NCBI GenBank assembly: GCA_051294375.1
Contig: JBJCIZ010000239.1
Location: forward strand, 2,927,476-2,991,475
DNA: 64,000 nt
Direction of reading: 5' to 3'
DNA from: Paraspadella gotoi
Taxonomy: Eukaryota > Animalia > Chaetognatha
In this document: positions 35,029 to 53,878 of the stretch, piece by piece
Numbering within the stretch: position 1 is the first letter of the stretch
Layout: the number at the start of each line of letters is the position of its first letter
Made by a program: the position numbers and the translations under genes
The notes under the pieces: generated by a model
Database searches by the model: none
What the model saw: the letters and a program-made list of their open reading frames with translations, nothing else
What the model was told of the DNA's origin: nothing

Positions 35029-36458
35029 CGTTAGAGAAAATTGATTGAACACAAGTTGATCTTCGAGATAAAAAAAAAAGTAAAATGGAAAGAGATAGAA
35101 AAAAAAAACAAGATTCTAAACGTCAAGGTGAAATATTGATGGCCTTAAAAAATAAGCCATAGAAATTGATGACGATAAAAAACGTTTAAGAGGCCGAAAA
35201 AAAAACAAACGAGTCCACCAATTTGAAAAAAAGTATTCGATGGTCATTGGATGGGATGGATTCAACCGGCGTAATCTTTTTTCATTGACGATTACTTCGG
35301 ACGGTATGGATTTTTTTTTTCCAAGTGTAAGTAATGCTGACCACGAATCGGGCAAAGGCAGAACCACAAATTAGATTTTTTAAGTTGTCCTCTTATGAAT
35401 TATGCAATCTCTCACATGCTATATATAATCTTATCATTTTACAAGTCATATACTTAAAATTTGACCGGCTTTCGGCGAGACCAGTTAAAAAACGCTTACC
35501 ATCAAAAAGTTACATCTTTAAAAAAAGTCAAATTTGTGAACGCAAAGTTTTATTTATTTTTTCAATATAAGAAAGCTAACAAAGTGAAAGAAAAAAACTA
35601 TTCAAATTTTGCGATATAAAATTCATAAATATAGTTAAAATTTACATCAAAAGCAATTTATTTTTTCGGAACAATGCTGTTCGTTCGCTAAAATACAGCA
35701 GAACCATTCGAAGACAAAAAAATTCCCATCAATCAGCAGCGTCGAGAATCGGCAATAAAAGATTTTCTTCAAAGTTGTTACAACCAGATGAATTGAGTTC
35801 CTACAATATCCCTCAAATTGCACCGGATACATATAAATTAACATTCTACGTCAAGGAATTAGGTTTCGTTGATATCATTTTAGTATAATAACTTAAATTA
35901 TAAAAGGCTTGATCTGATGGTATTTTTAGGAAGGAAGAAACCCGAATTATTTAAATTAATTAAATTTATTCTCAAAAAAAAATCAAGAAAAGATCGCAGA
36001 GAAGACTTTGACAAAAAATAACAAGCATTATTATGAACGGGCTTTCGTACAAGACAGGTTAGGATCAATTTTATATACGCTAATTTTTTTTAATTATCGT
36101 TTTGACTTATAACTTGGCTGTTCAGTTGTGACAGTTCTTTTTTTTCTTTCCAAATTTGGATTTAAAAATACCATTAGATGAAGCGTACACAGAAACACAA
36201 GTTTTGTTTTATTAAAAGCATTTAAATCAGTTTTTCGTCTATTTTTTAAAAGGTGGTTAAAAAGTTGCCATTCGGTACACTTCGGTCAAATCATTCGCGT
36301 TCGTTTTTATTAAACTTTTGATTAAACTAGTCATGCATACATCGTTAAAAATTAAATCACTCATCGCATACTTCAAACAAAAAATGCAAATGTTTTTTGT
36401 CGTACAAAACTTAAAAGTGACTTTCTAACGACAAAAAAAGAAACGACCTATATTTTTT

Positions 36459-39269
36459 TTACGCCATATAAATAAAAACGTTGATGTTGTCTTCGTCGCG
36501 CTTCATGTATTTATGTTCAATCAGCCATTCGATTTGCTCCTTGATCATTTTTTTCGAAGGCAGAAACATGTTTTTCAAAATTTCCACGAGTTCCGTCTGC
36601 AGTTGGGCGTTGGAGATCTTCTTCCTCATCTTCATGATCTTGACGATGGCCTCTTGGGTGCGGAGGATGCGGAGCTGAATGATGCCGTCGTTGTCCTCCT
36701 CGCGAGATCGCTCCGTCGAGAGCTGAAGACGCCCGATGAGATTGAGCTTTCCCCTCCGTTGCAACTTTCCGTTCTTGATGAGGGCGAAGTCTTGGTTGAC
36801 GGAGAAGAGCGAGGAATCGGAGAAGTCGCGCGCGGACGACGCCTCCGGCCGGCAGAGGAGCACTTGGCGTTTTAGCTTGGGAAATTGACAGAGAGACCAA
36901 AGCGTTTTGCGGAGCTCGGAATCCGGAAGCTCGGTGGCGAGCCTAAGGTTTTCCAAGGAGATCTGCTCTTTAGGACGCTGGTTCCAAGCGAAAAGCACCG
37001 CCATTTGGAAGGTTGTGATTTCTGAAAAAAAGGAGAGAAAAAAAAAATTTAAAATCGACATAATCGGTATTAACAGACATGATCTATTTTGTAATGACCT
37101 AAATCGTATCTTCCCGCTTCGTTTTCAAAGGCCACGACTCCGTTGGACATGAGATGGTGCCATTGCAACTTTCTCCCGTTGTGGTTGCGTTTGTAAAATT
37201 CCTCCACTTCGGGGATATAATCTTCCAATTCGCGAGGAAGGGAAACGGGAATTCTCTCCGACGAGCGAGCCCACGCTCCCGCGTTAAGGATCTTTATGTT
37301 GATGTAGTCGGCGATAGAAGAATTGTTGTTGCTGTGTTAGAAATGAGTTAAGTGACATTTAGGATACAAATATTAATAACATTTTCAAAACAGATTAATA
37401 ATTTTGTACCGGTAGGCGTCTTTGAAATTTTGATTTAGATCATCTGAGACTTTTATATCTTGAAACATTCTAGCCAACTTGTTGACATAATCAGCTGGCA
37501 TTCCAACTTCTCGAAGCCATTCCACCATGTTTTCTTCCTTCTCATTGTCGGCGGACGTGTCGAGAATAAGGCGCCTTGTCAAATGTGCCTTGTGATATCT
37601 GGAAATAATGGAATAAATTTTTTCATGAAACTGAGTAGATAGATCAAGATTCCCAAGCTCTCTCGTTCGTACCGCATGAAAACGTCCTTGTTTGTCACGT
37701 ATTTCAAAACGAGCAGGACATCCTTCAATCGCTTCTCCACCTCTTCAGAGGTGAGCCGCTTGCTCAGCACCGTTTTCCGCAGAAGCATATCACAGTAGTT
37801 GGCTAATAGTTCGGGGCACTTGCTTTCCGGTTGCATCTTGACCGCCGAGGCATGAGGGACGGGCGTTCCCCCGCCAACCACGCCCTGTCCCCTTCCACCC
37901 GGTTTGACGGGGAGATCGAGACGAAAGACCTGCGTATCATTGACGACGTGACGATACGCTTTGTCCCTGGCAGTCAAGAATCTCGGGTCGTCGTTGAAGG
38001 CCTGCGCCGCGAGGTTGCTGTAACGCTCGAAGAGAAGCAACAGCTGCTCCACGTATTTTTCGGAATCCGAGGAGATGATTTCTCGAGCGGCCACCATGTC
38101 GGCGAGACCGTCGCTCTTGATGTGCTCCTCCAACGCCTCCAGCATCGGAATGATCCCGTCGGGGACCCGGTCCATGAGGCCGAACATCATGTTGAGTTTG
38201 GCCGTCTCGTTGGTCTTGATCATGGCGGGGCATTCGGCGAGGATGGTTTCCTTGAAGGCGGTGACGAGAACCTTGACGCAGGTTTCGGTGAGAGAGGCCA
38301 CCGAGGTGCAGCCCTTTCGAGTCTCCAAGTATCGCATGGCTCTCTGCTCCTCCTCCTTCAGCTTCTCTTTGGCGTATCTCATGTAGTCCTGGACGCCGTT
38401 GCAGGAGAGAAATTGGGGGGCTTTGGTCTTGTAAAAGCTGTCGGTGGACTCGAGGTAGGCGCGCTCGAAATTCTCGCGGTAAATCTGCAGCTTGTCCGAT
38501 GTGTTGGAGCTGAGGTTGACGTAGGATTCGCGGACGCCGATGACGAGCTGCGAGTCGAAGGCCTCGCCGTTTCGTTCCGCGTGGACGAGCTTCATGGCGG
38601 AATCCTGGGAACAATCAAAATAGTTATTTTTAGAATCATCGTGAGATAGACTTTCCAATTTTTTTTCGCTGCGATAATCGACCTGCAATCGATGCTTGAT
38701 GTTCGAGAAAATGCTTTGATTCCAAGAGTCCAACATTAATTTTCGTACGATGGACTCCTCGCTGGGGTTTTTCTTCTGTCCCACCGAGGAGTGGGCCTTT
38801 CCGGCCAAACTGGTTTCGAGTTGGCCGAAGGGTTTAGGCAAGTAGTCGCACTGCGTAAAGAACTTGCTCCACTCGGCGATGTAGGCTTTGAGGAGCGCCG
38901 AGTCCTCCTGGTGCTGGAGAACACGAGCTTGAGCTTGTTTAATGAAGCTGAGGATATCTTCCTGTAGAGCTTGATGTACTTTAGTAGGGCCTTTGTCGTC
39001 CCAGAGGCAGACGGAATGGACGGACCTGAGAGAAAAACAATGAAAATCAAGAATCCAATGAACATGTTTTATACAGACTTCAAATAAATTTGTTTCTTTA
39101 TACATACATCCATGTCAATTAAATTCCCCCCCCCCTTTTCCTTTACCAACCAGAAAAGATCTTGCCATTCGGTGCGAGATATGTGCTCCTGTCGAAGCAG
39201 TTTTAAAACGGTGGGCCTCATGGAGGGCCACTTGTCCTCGAACTGGAGCTGGCCCTTGTCCTTCAACAT
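36459..39269 (-). CDS. CUL5: Cullin-5, 6 exons
   Basis: QFEDKWPSMRPTVLKLLRQE, ESKCPELLANYCDMLLRK, and neddylation region QEAIVKIMKMRKK...IEWLIEHKYMKRDEDNINVFIYMA. Confidence 0.97.
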
Positions 39270-39631
39270 TTTGTTAAGTCCTTTTTGTTAGTAGTATAAT
39301 GTTTAAGGAAAAATTATATGCGGATCTTAACTTATCGATAGTATAGACTCAATCATTTCACCTAAACAAATTGGCAATTAGATAAGAACATCTATGAGAG
39401 ACTGAAGATAGATATAACAATATTCGCTAGTAGAGAATTGACTTATATATAGTTGTCAAGATTTATTGACACGGCGGTTGATTGGCTTTTGAATGAAGTT
39501 CTTTTTCACCGCTATGACGAGACTGATCACTAAATCAAAATAAACAAAAAGAAATAATATACTTTTATGCTAAAAAGTTGGCAGTTTAAAATCTTTTTCA
39601 AGTTTCAAAGTGGCACTGTAATAAATTAACG

Positions 39632-42523
<2,892 letters not shown>

Positions 42524-43104
42524 TTTTTTTTGTCGTCACAACTGGAAAGAGCCGACGGCGCAAACACAGGTAAAGGCAGAACTTTCGAGGATAAGGGGGG
42601 GGGTGAGAGGCCGGAGAGAGGGAATCGATGGAACAAATAAATGAAAGCTTCTTCGGGACCCAATTATTATTGAAGGATTTTGTCGTCGATGAGGTCAGAA
42701 TGAAACTTTTGTCAATAAGAGGACAAATTGACCACGATTGCTCCGGCCAAAGAACAAATCGCTGACCGTTGGAAACTCAACGAATTAATTTTTTTTTTTC
42801 GGTATTGTACAACATACAAAATATAAGCCGGACTGAATGAAATGCTGCACAATAGACTTGTATTTTGAGTTGTAAGGTTATTTTTTAATCCTCTTAACAA
42901 GTTTGGACATAAGTATCTAATCAATGCACTACTATAAAGCATGTATTTATCTCTGAAATTGGTATACCAAAAAAAAACTACTGAGGCGAAATGGTAGGTT
43001 TAAAATTGAAATTCACCATGTAGAATTTATCATCCACAAGCGAACGGAAAGGGTTAACGGATGCGTCTGATCCTGAGAGCATATTTGATTGGAAGGCATG
43101 CTGC

Positions 43105-43193
43105 GAGAACGCCTCAGACAAGTGGATCTAAAAACGCCCTCGGATTTTTTTCGGGGATTCTCCAGCTGAATTTGTCATCATTGACGTCATCTC
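43105..43193 (-). ncRNA. Box C/D snoRNA candidate
   Basis: Minus strand GAGAU-GACGUC-A-AUGAUGA ...57 nt... CUGA-GGCGUU-CUC: perfect C and D boxes and a terminal stem with kink-turn spacing. The G-U pairs work only on the minus strand. Confidence 0.7.
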
Positions 43194-44502
43194 AATCCCT
43201 GGTAGGATGATCGGCGCCGAAATGCTACGGCGCACTTCACTTTGACGTTGCTCTCATGCGCCCGATCTCACCGCTGACGTCAAACGAATTGACGACAGGC
43301 GCTTGCCTGGGATTTTTAGCAGCTCAAATATCTTAGATCGAAGTCGTCTTGCTCTACAAAACGGGCAATTGAAATTGACCCACACCACTACGATCGGGAA
43401 TGACTGTTTCTAATTAATTTGGCCATTCAATTGTTATGTTGAACTTAGTTTTACCTAGTTTTGCAACTCTGTTTTGTGGATCATTAAACGAAAAACCTTT
43501 CCTACCAAAAACGCCTCGATTTTCTCTCAAAAATTCTGTAATATAATTATAAATCTACTTTTTCCTCCCATTATAGCGAAAATCGACTGAATTTTATTCG
43601 ACTGACAGACATCAAGAACCGATATGGATCCAAGGAAACCCGACCTCGCTGAAAAATACAAAACAATATATTCTTATTGATATGATTAACTATTTCATAA
43701 GCCAAATTGTCAATTAATAAAATAAGTTACAAGTATGGTATCACTATTAATGGTGTTTTTTTTTTCCGAAGACAGTGGGTACGCAGAGTGAACCTTTCCA
43801 AAAATACTACCTAAAGGTGTTCTGAGGACAATTCAATTCGGAAGCATAAATACATGACATCTCCATATGTGAATAATGAATTACCAAATTTCTCCATGTT
43901 GATAATTATCATTACCAAAAAGAAAAAAAAAAACAAAAGAAAAACGGCAATATGTACGTTTTTAGAAGGCCACAATTTCAAAGATGACAAGGAAAAACTC
44001 AAAAATTAAAAAAAATCCATTAACGACCTATTCTTCGTTGTACGAATGACTAACGAAGCTAATGACTATTTGATGATGGCAACGAAAAGTTATGTGTAAT
44101 AAATCTATGGAGGGAGAAACTATGTTAAACATTTACATACAATGAGAAGGGTTAAAATTATGAAATAAGTGACTATTAAGTGACTTAATAATAGGCTCTG
44201 GGTGCTCACAGCTTGCCCTTTGGTATCTAGATTCCTTAAGAAATTTTTTTTAAAAAAATCCTGTTTGGGGATATATCTCTGAAGTTTAACTGTCAACGCT
44301 ACGTCGCTCGAGACCGCAAAGGTAAGGTAGTTTTTTTTTTCCGCTGCGGTTCTGTTTTCGCATTCGCCAAACTACTCTCCCAAGTCAAACCCTCATCCGC
44401 GCTCAACCTAATGAAAACCGTTTTTAAGAAAAGAAGCTCTTTTTTAAAAATTTCTAGCCACTTCTCGGCGCAAGCCGATCAAGAGTCCTCGTCAAGCGGA
44501 CG

Positions 44503-47500
44503 TCATTCATCGTCAGTTTCGTCGTCGCTGGATTCCAGGTGGAGGCCTGAGGAAGTATCGTTGGCAATCGGGGGCGGCGTGGTGCAAGAAGAGAGATGCG
44601 AGCGATGGTGCAGCACGTTGTGAGACGCCGGATGATGGAAATTTCGAGAGTTCTGATGTTGAAGTTGATGGTGAGTTGGGGAGATGAGACTAGTCGAAGG
44701 AACGCTGAAGATGGAAAAAAAAAAAAAAAAAAAAAACAGATTAAATTCAGAGCGAAATAAATATTTTACAAGAAATCACCATCACAAGAAAGAGAGAGAA
44801 TCACCGAACGGGTCCCGGCGGCGTTCCTGAGGAGGCGAGAGTATAGATCCCTGGAGAGTGACTCGGCGATCCCGCGTTCGCTTGTAGGAGGGGACTTTGG
44901 GTGGGTATGGGGATATGATTCGACGGTAAGTGAAGATGGGATCGCCCGTGAAGAGATACAGCGGCCAGAGCAGCAGGAAGACTCCTAATAGAGACAAACT
45001 TCGTCAATGGGGTGGGTCAGAAGTTTGATTTGGGAACCTTTCCAAATGAAACTTCATACATTTCTGAGAAAACTTTCAATGGAGCAAAATTTTCTAAAAT
45101 GGCTAGAAGCATTAGTAATTAATTTTTTTAATATTTATTTATAGATAGGAAATAGTCAAAAAAATTTTTTTGAATTTTTTATTTTTAAAAGCGGATTCAA
45201 ATAGCTTATGAAAAGTTATCTACACAAAGTATAATTCTTTTTTCAATATTTGATGATAAGTGGGTTAAAATTGAGGAAAAACCTTAAAAAACATCATCAT
45301 CATCATCATCATCCGATGATTTTAGCAGTTTTTACTAATTTTTTAGTAATAAAACATCAAAATTTTAAAAAGTTGTAATTATATTTTTTTGCTTAACTTT
45401 TAAGCCTATCAGAATCAATTTAAAAAAACTTAAAATATCAAAAAAAATTTTTAACATTATATAGCAATATAATAATATTAATTAGCGAATTACTCATGGT
45501 TCGGAACATTTTTGCAAAAAAATATTTTAACACAATAATTAATACCAATAATGGATTAGTTAATGCTGTTCCCATTATAATTTGAATTTGGTCGGCTACC
45601 GCTACTCCTAAAAATGTTAATAAGTTCCAATAAAACACCAAATGTATGACGAAATAAAGAAAATCCTGCCTGTAATGATTCATCCATTCGTCAAGCAGGT
45701 GTCGCTGCATCAACGGTCGAGGCATAAGACGTTGCACCGCCACTAAAATGCCCGCGTCGGTCAGTCGACAGTCTAACCATTCACGAATGATCAGGTCTTC
45801 ACGTCCCGTCTCGGAGTGGGTGGTGAAATGTAGAGGCAGCCTGGAAAAGGTGGAAATTTTAAGATAAATATTAAATTAAATTAAATTAAATATTCAACAG
45901 AATCAAATAAAAACCATCCCATCTCAGCGACGTCAACTCACCTTTTCCCATCTCGATCCACGAGAGGCAAATAAGCCACGTGGTCGTTGCGATTGTCCTC
46001 CAAGTTGAGCTGACTAGCTATAGCACCGTATCTGTTGGCGTCCGGACTGTCAGCGTCCATAGGAACGAGTGCGCAAAAGTGGCCTCGAGTGTAGCCCAAA
46101 GCCACGGGAGTCTTCCAACAGAAACTTTGGTCCCAAAGAAACGGGACGTAGATTCCTTGAAATCGCGCCAGTCCGATGTTGTCGCCGCGAAAGTTTTTCA
46201 CGTACCGAACTCCATAAATGATTATGGGTCTCCTGCGGAAATTTTCAGAAAAAAAAAATATCGAGCGAGATCGTAAATAATTTCGATATTTAACAAGGAA
46301 AATTGAAAACCAACGATCACCAAATACCTGAGAATATGCGCTAAGGCAAAAATGTGAAGTTGCTCGAGAGAAGCTCCGGGTTGAGAAGCGAGAGAGAGTA
46401 AAATTGTCCAGTCTTGCTGCAACTGAGATTCGTCTAAAGTGAACTGAAAGAAAAAGCCCCCCCCAAAATATTTTAAAATAATAAAAAATAAAATAATCGG
46501 GAAATTTAAAAATCTTACCTGTAAAGAGGCGGCCTGCCGCATCTCGTATTCCCTCCATCTAGGAAAAAAAGCATGACCGGCTTCTTGAAGCGTATCGCCG
46601 AGCGCTCGACGCATGGTGTTGTCGCGATCGAAAACTCCGTAGGTCGCTTGAAGGATGCTGTCCAGCAGACAGTTCCCCGAGGTTCGATTCCACAACGCGT
46701 AAAGTCGGCTGCCTAAACGCGTCGTCAACTCGAGCGACCAGTTCATGATTCCTCCATCGAGTTCGCTTTGAACATCTGGGAATTAAACAACATAGGGAGT
46801 CATCGCTGCCTTAGGGAGAAAAATTACTGAGGAAAGCTTTGAATACCTTTATCAAGCACTTCGTCAAAAAGCTTTTCCTGGATCGTGATCGGCAGATCGT
46901 CGATCTCCGTCGGCCACGAAAACGTCACGCAATCCGACACAAAGTAGCAACCGAACGGGCCTTTCTTTTGTCTAAAAAAAAAAAAAAGGAATTATTCCCA
47001 AAGTTTTGGTTTATACTTAATATTGATTTTTCAATGCCCAGCCGGTGCTCACCTTAATGTGACTGAGACGTGTCGAAGAATGTCGGCCGCGATGTCAGGA
47101 GAGATGTGCGACGGCATTCGCTTGATGTTTTGACCCTCCATTTCTAATGATAATTAATTAACCGAGATAAAAAAAAGCGATCATGTCTACCGAGTTAGTC
47201 TAATATTTTAATATTTAATAATTTATTTAATTAATATTTAAAAATTTCAAAATCAAAATGCACCTGACGTTAAGAGTAAAGCCAAGACGTCTTCGCTCTG
47301 AAATCGAACCGCGGTTTGAATCAGCGAAGAACCGGGAACGAAAGCCGAGGGCCTCCCTAGCATCGTGCACTCTTCTTCGGAAAGCAATCTGAAAATTTAA
47401 ATACATTCAAGAAAGACCAATTGTATTTTAATTTTCGTTTCATGGGTTCTTACCTGTCTCGGTCTCCCCCAGCGACCAAAAAGGCATCTACGGGATCAAG

Positions 47501-49910
47501 CTCGTTTTCCAAGGCGCCTTGGAAGGCGCGAAGAAAGAGCCAATCCTGCTCGGGGAGATTGCCATGCTTTCGGGCCTGGCGAAGCAGGCGGTCTATCTCG
47601 CGAGATTCCCGCTCGATCTCCCGGTTGTCGGGCGTCTTTGATAAGGCGTTGGAAGATGATGCTGCCGCCGCGCCGCCTGGAAAAAGAAATTTGCGAGACC
47701 ATCCTTTCATGGAAAAGCTCCATGGAAAGCACAATAGAAACAGAAGTCAATAGCCCCCCCCCACAAAAAAAAACTGAACTCCTGGTGAGAAAAAAAAAAT
47801 TAAGCTGAAACTCGAAATTTAATTCTGCAAGATTTGTAAACATGAAAGCGTCCGATCTTACTTACCCGCAAGACTCGTATTGCTGCCTCTCTGGGGACCG
47901 ACTCCGGAAGCGTCCCCTTTGCATCCTTCGACCTTCGCTCCGGTCATCGACCCGCTCTTGACGCCCGGCTCTGACTCCGACGATCTCGGCGACGCAGATC
48001 CGGAAAATCCTGCAAAAAAAAAAAAAAAAAACCGGACATTGCCGAGTTTTAAAATGCAATGAGATCACAAAATCAGGGTTTCTGTAAACTGACCCTGAAC
48101 CGGAGAACTTCGCGATGAGCGAAAGTTCGTCTGATTGGGTTTCGAGTTGGATATAACGTAGTTTCGAAGGTTCTCGTCTTGAGTTCGCGTTTCGCTCGAA
48201 GCTGGGCGAATTTGTATCAAAATATCGTAATTTACATATATTAATAACAAAATGAATAAACAAAAAGCCTCACCTCTCGGAGAAGAAAGGGAGAACGAAG
48301 AGCGAGCCGCATTATCACATTTCGCTTTGGAGACTGTATTGTTGTCGAACATTTGACTTAGATTGGCTTCTAATCCTAAAATCGAAAACACAAATTCATT
48401 CATTTTATTCACATTACCGTCTCGATCACCAGTCTTCAATGTCTTATACCAGGGTCGCATTTATCATCGTCATTATTATCATTATCATCTCCCGTCTTCT
48501 TACCGTCGTCGAACTCCTCGCCAGGCAGCGATGCCGGCGGCGCCTTTTTCCCTCTGGGCGTGAAGCACATGGCGCACTTTTGGGTCCTGGGCCAGTTTTC
48601 GTAGGTACAGACGAGGCAGGACCACTTGTTGAGGAGGCTGCTGAGGCTGCTGCCGCAACTCGGAGCCGGTTGGTTTGGCGATTCTTGAATGCGGTAGGAG
48701 GAGAGAGACAAGGACTGGGTTTCCGAGGCGGAGGAGGAAGAGGAGGACGAAGACGACGACTCGGTCCTCTTGGACCCGACATCGCCGCCCGGCTTCGTGT
48801 CTTCCGTTGGCGGAGAAGAAGAAGAGGATGGTCGGGCAGATACCTCTGGAGCGACGGGCGCGTCCGACGACGACGACGAGTCTTCCGTCGAAGATCTGAG
48901 GTCAATTTTTTTTTTTCCATTATACCTTTTAACTCCTCACGATCGTGGAAACTCACAAACAAAATTAATCACTTGAGAGAAAAAGAAAGCGGATCGACGT
49001 CTTTGGAGATGCCGAACCGGGCGGCGTCCTTCACCTCCCGCTCGACTTGCTTGTAGTACGCCTCCCCGAATTCTTGTCCCCTTTTCGCGAAAGCGAAATT
49101 TTTTTTTTTTAAAAATAAAATTTATTGAGAAAGAAGGAATCCGAAAGAAAAAAAGTCATTTTATCGCTCCGTCGCTCACTTGGGCGTCAGGCACTGATTG
49201 CACTTGTTGGCTTTGGGCCAGTTCAGGTAGGTGCAAGCTTTGCAGGGCCATTTGCTGGCGACCGTGGAGAGGGAGGAGCCGGGCGGCGAAGAGACGGCGC
49301 TAGTGGTTGAGGAAACCGGAGTCGACGTCGGCTCGGTCACTCTGGCGACGTCGACGCTGCCGCCGCCGCCGCTGCGCCCGACCCCGCCGACGGAAGCGGC
49401 GGATTTGGAAGGCGATTCTCTTTGAGATTTGCGCTTTAGTTCCTCTTGATGAGAGACCGTCGTCGCCAAATTGCGGATGTTGTCCAAATCTTGGGAGGCG
49501 GAACCAGAGTTGGACTGAATTAGGGCGGCGTCCTAGGTGGGGGGGGGGAAACGAAGGCAATAGAATAACGAGGAATGGGAATTTTCATTTTAATTACCTT
49601 GCCAAATACTTATTAAAAATATAATTGCGTATATAGTTATATACGATGAGTAAAGTATTTCAAACTACGGATGTGAAGAACATTATTATACCTTACTATC
49701 TGGGAAATAATAAATATAATGCTACAATATAAAGTTTTGCATATTTAAATAAAAAATAAACTATCGTGCCTGTATGTATTGCGTCCTCTTCGGCGCCCTG
49801 CACATCACGCATTTGAGGGAAGTAGGGTAATTCTCGTAGGTACAGTAATCGCAGGCCCATTTTACGACGCTAACATCCGGGTCCATCTTGAGTCGTTTGA
49901 AACCGGACAT
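44503..49910 (-). CDS. ZRANB1: Ubiquitin thioesterase TRABID (3 NZF fingers + OTU domain), about 16 exons
   Basis: KWACDYCTYEN, KWPCKACTYLNWP, KWSCLVCTYENWP; OTU LYALWNRTSGNCLLDS, LEQLHIFALAHILRRPIIIYGV, LGYTRGHFCALV; acidic end SSDDETDDE. The start codon is uncertain because of upstream leader exons. Confidence 0.95.
44989..45598 (+). mobile_element. 610-bp TA-flanked interspersed repeat (MITE-like), copy A, in a TRABID intron
   Basis: Nearly identical to the reverse complement of 61769-62378, including an internal (CAT)n run; both copies begin and end with TA. Confidence 0.85.
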
Positions 49911-50944
49911 GAAGGGCGCATCCGGGTTCCGTTCTTGGATACTGTAGATTCGATGAATTTTAATTTCTGAGTTTTGTCTCTGTTATAAAAGTTAAAAAAA
50001 TTACCTAATGCATATCTTCCTGATTCGATTGAGCTGTTGTCCATAACATAGTCAACGGCCGAGTTTGATCCATTTATTTCAAAGATCTATCAAATGAAGT
50101 CCACAAAACGGTCGACATTTATGATCCGCTAAATTAACAGAAAAAAACTTATTTATTCCAATAAAAAAAGAGCAAGTACTGACACGATATGACCTGCTCG
50201 AATTTCACCTGGATCGAGAGGTTTTATCGGTTGCAAATGAAACTTCCCCGAGAAAATCTGACAGCTTCACCCGATGGATCCGCGGCACGACGGAATAACT
50301 CCAAGGTCAGCCCATGACCGTTCGATACGCACGAGCGATTGAGAAGCCGATTTCGTCCTTCAAACATAACGTCAAAACGCGGGCAAGGGCTGCTCGAACA
50401 ATGCCGATCACGAACCCTTGGTCACTCGGTAAAAAATTCTACAGTATAGTATACACTGCGTCGAAAACTAAGTATATCTCTGCAGGAAACTAAAATATGT
50501 ATGTACGCAATTGCACTGAAAACGAGAATTTAGATAAAAATTGGACAACACTCCTTATGTTATGAATCTCTTTTGATCTGTTTGACGGCGAGATCGATCG
50601 GAAATTCCTTCGCTCCCGAATCCAGATTATTTTTTTTTATGTCTAGATTTTCAATTGCAACAAATAAAAATTTTAATAATCAATTGACTGACGTAAATAA
50701 ACAACAAAAGTGTTGGTCATGGAAAAAAAAATTTCAGGAACAGGTTTTTAACTAACGCTCTTTCTTCTAAGACATAATCCCTAAAGAAAAAAAAATGAAA
50801 CAACAAAACTTGAAAAATGCATTTCATTAAAAAAAATCATCTCACATTCAAGAGGCGCGAATGGGATTTCTAAAGTAAAGCCCGCCAAGGGCAAAACAAC
50901 GATAAGTATTGACATTTGAGAATGAATCAATATTCAAATGAGAC

Positions 50945-52598
<1,654 letters not shown>

Positions 52599-52748
52599 TT
52601 ATTTACTATGGATTGTATAATGCAAATATAAAGTTTATCAATATTGGATGTAATATTCCTGATACGCAAACTGAAAGAAAAAGTATGACCAAGGAAATAA
52701 ATGAAATTTAGTCGATGAAAAGCGAATAAAAGCCAAAGGATGATCAAT

Positions 52749-53632
<884 letters not shown>

Positions 53633-53712
53633 TTAATTAAGATCCCGTCAGCTTTCAAATTCATAAGATAGCAACATAAAATACAAAAAAAAGATACAGT
53701 CATTTATATTAT

Positions 53713-53878
53713 TGTTACCGGGGTAATTGGCAGTTAACTCAATGTTAGAACAAGACATAATGATGCCAACCACCACAATTGCAATACTTTCTTTCGCCCA
53801 AGACAGCCAAGTTCCAACAAGCAAACGTACAGGGCTTGAGAAAGGACCTGTATCACAGGAAAAGTTTACCCCGTAACA
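53713..53878. repeat. 166-bp segment bounded by a 13-bp inverted repeat (TG...CA ends)
   Basis: tgttaccggggtaa at 53713 pairs with ttaccccgtaaca ending at 53878, with one bulge; no target-site duplication seen. Confidence 0.45.

Noticed and set aside
39333-39340. DRE-like TATCGATA upstream of CUL5
   Set aside because: One AT-rich 8-mer is expected by chance in 64 kb.
43040-43400. Structured region considered as 7SK, RNase P/MRP, U3, SRP or telomerase RNA
   Set aside because: The diagnostic motifs (P4 pseudoknot strands, U3 boxes A/B, SRP helix 8, a properly placed template) were not found; only the C/D motif is convincing.
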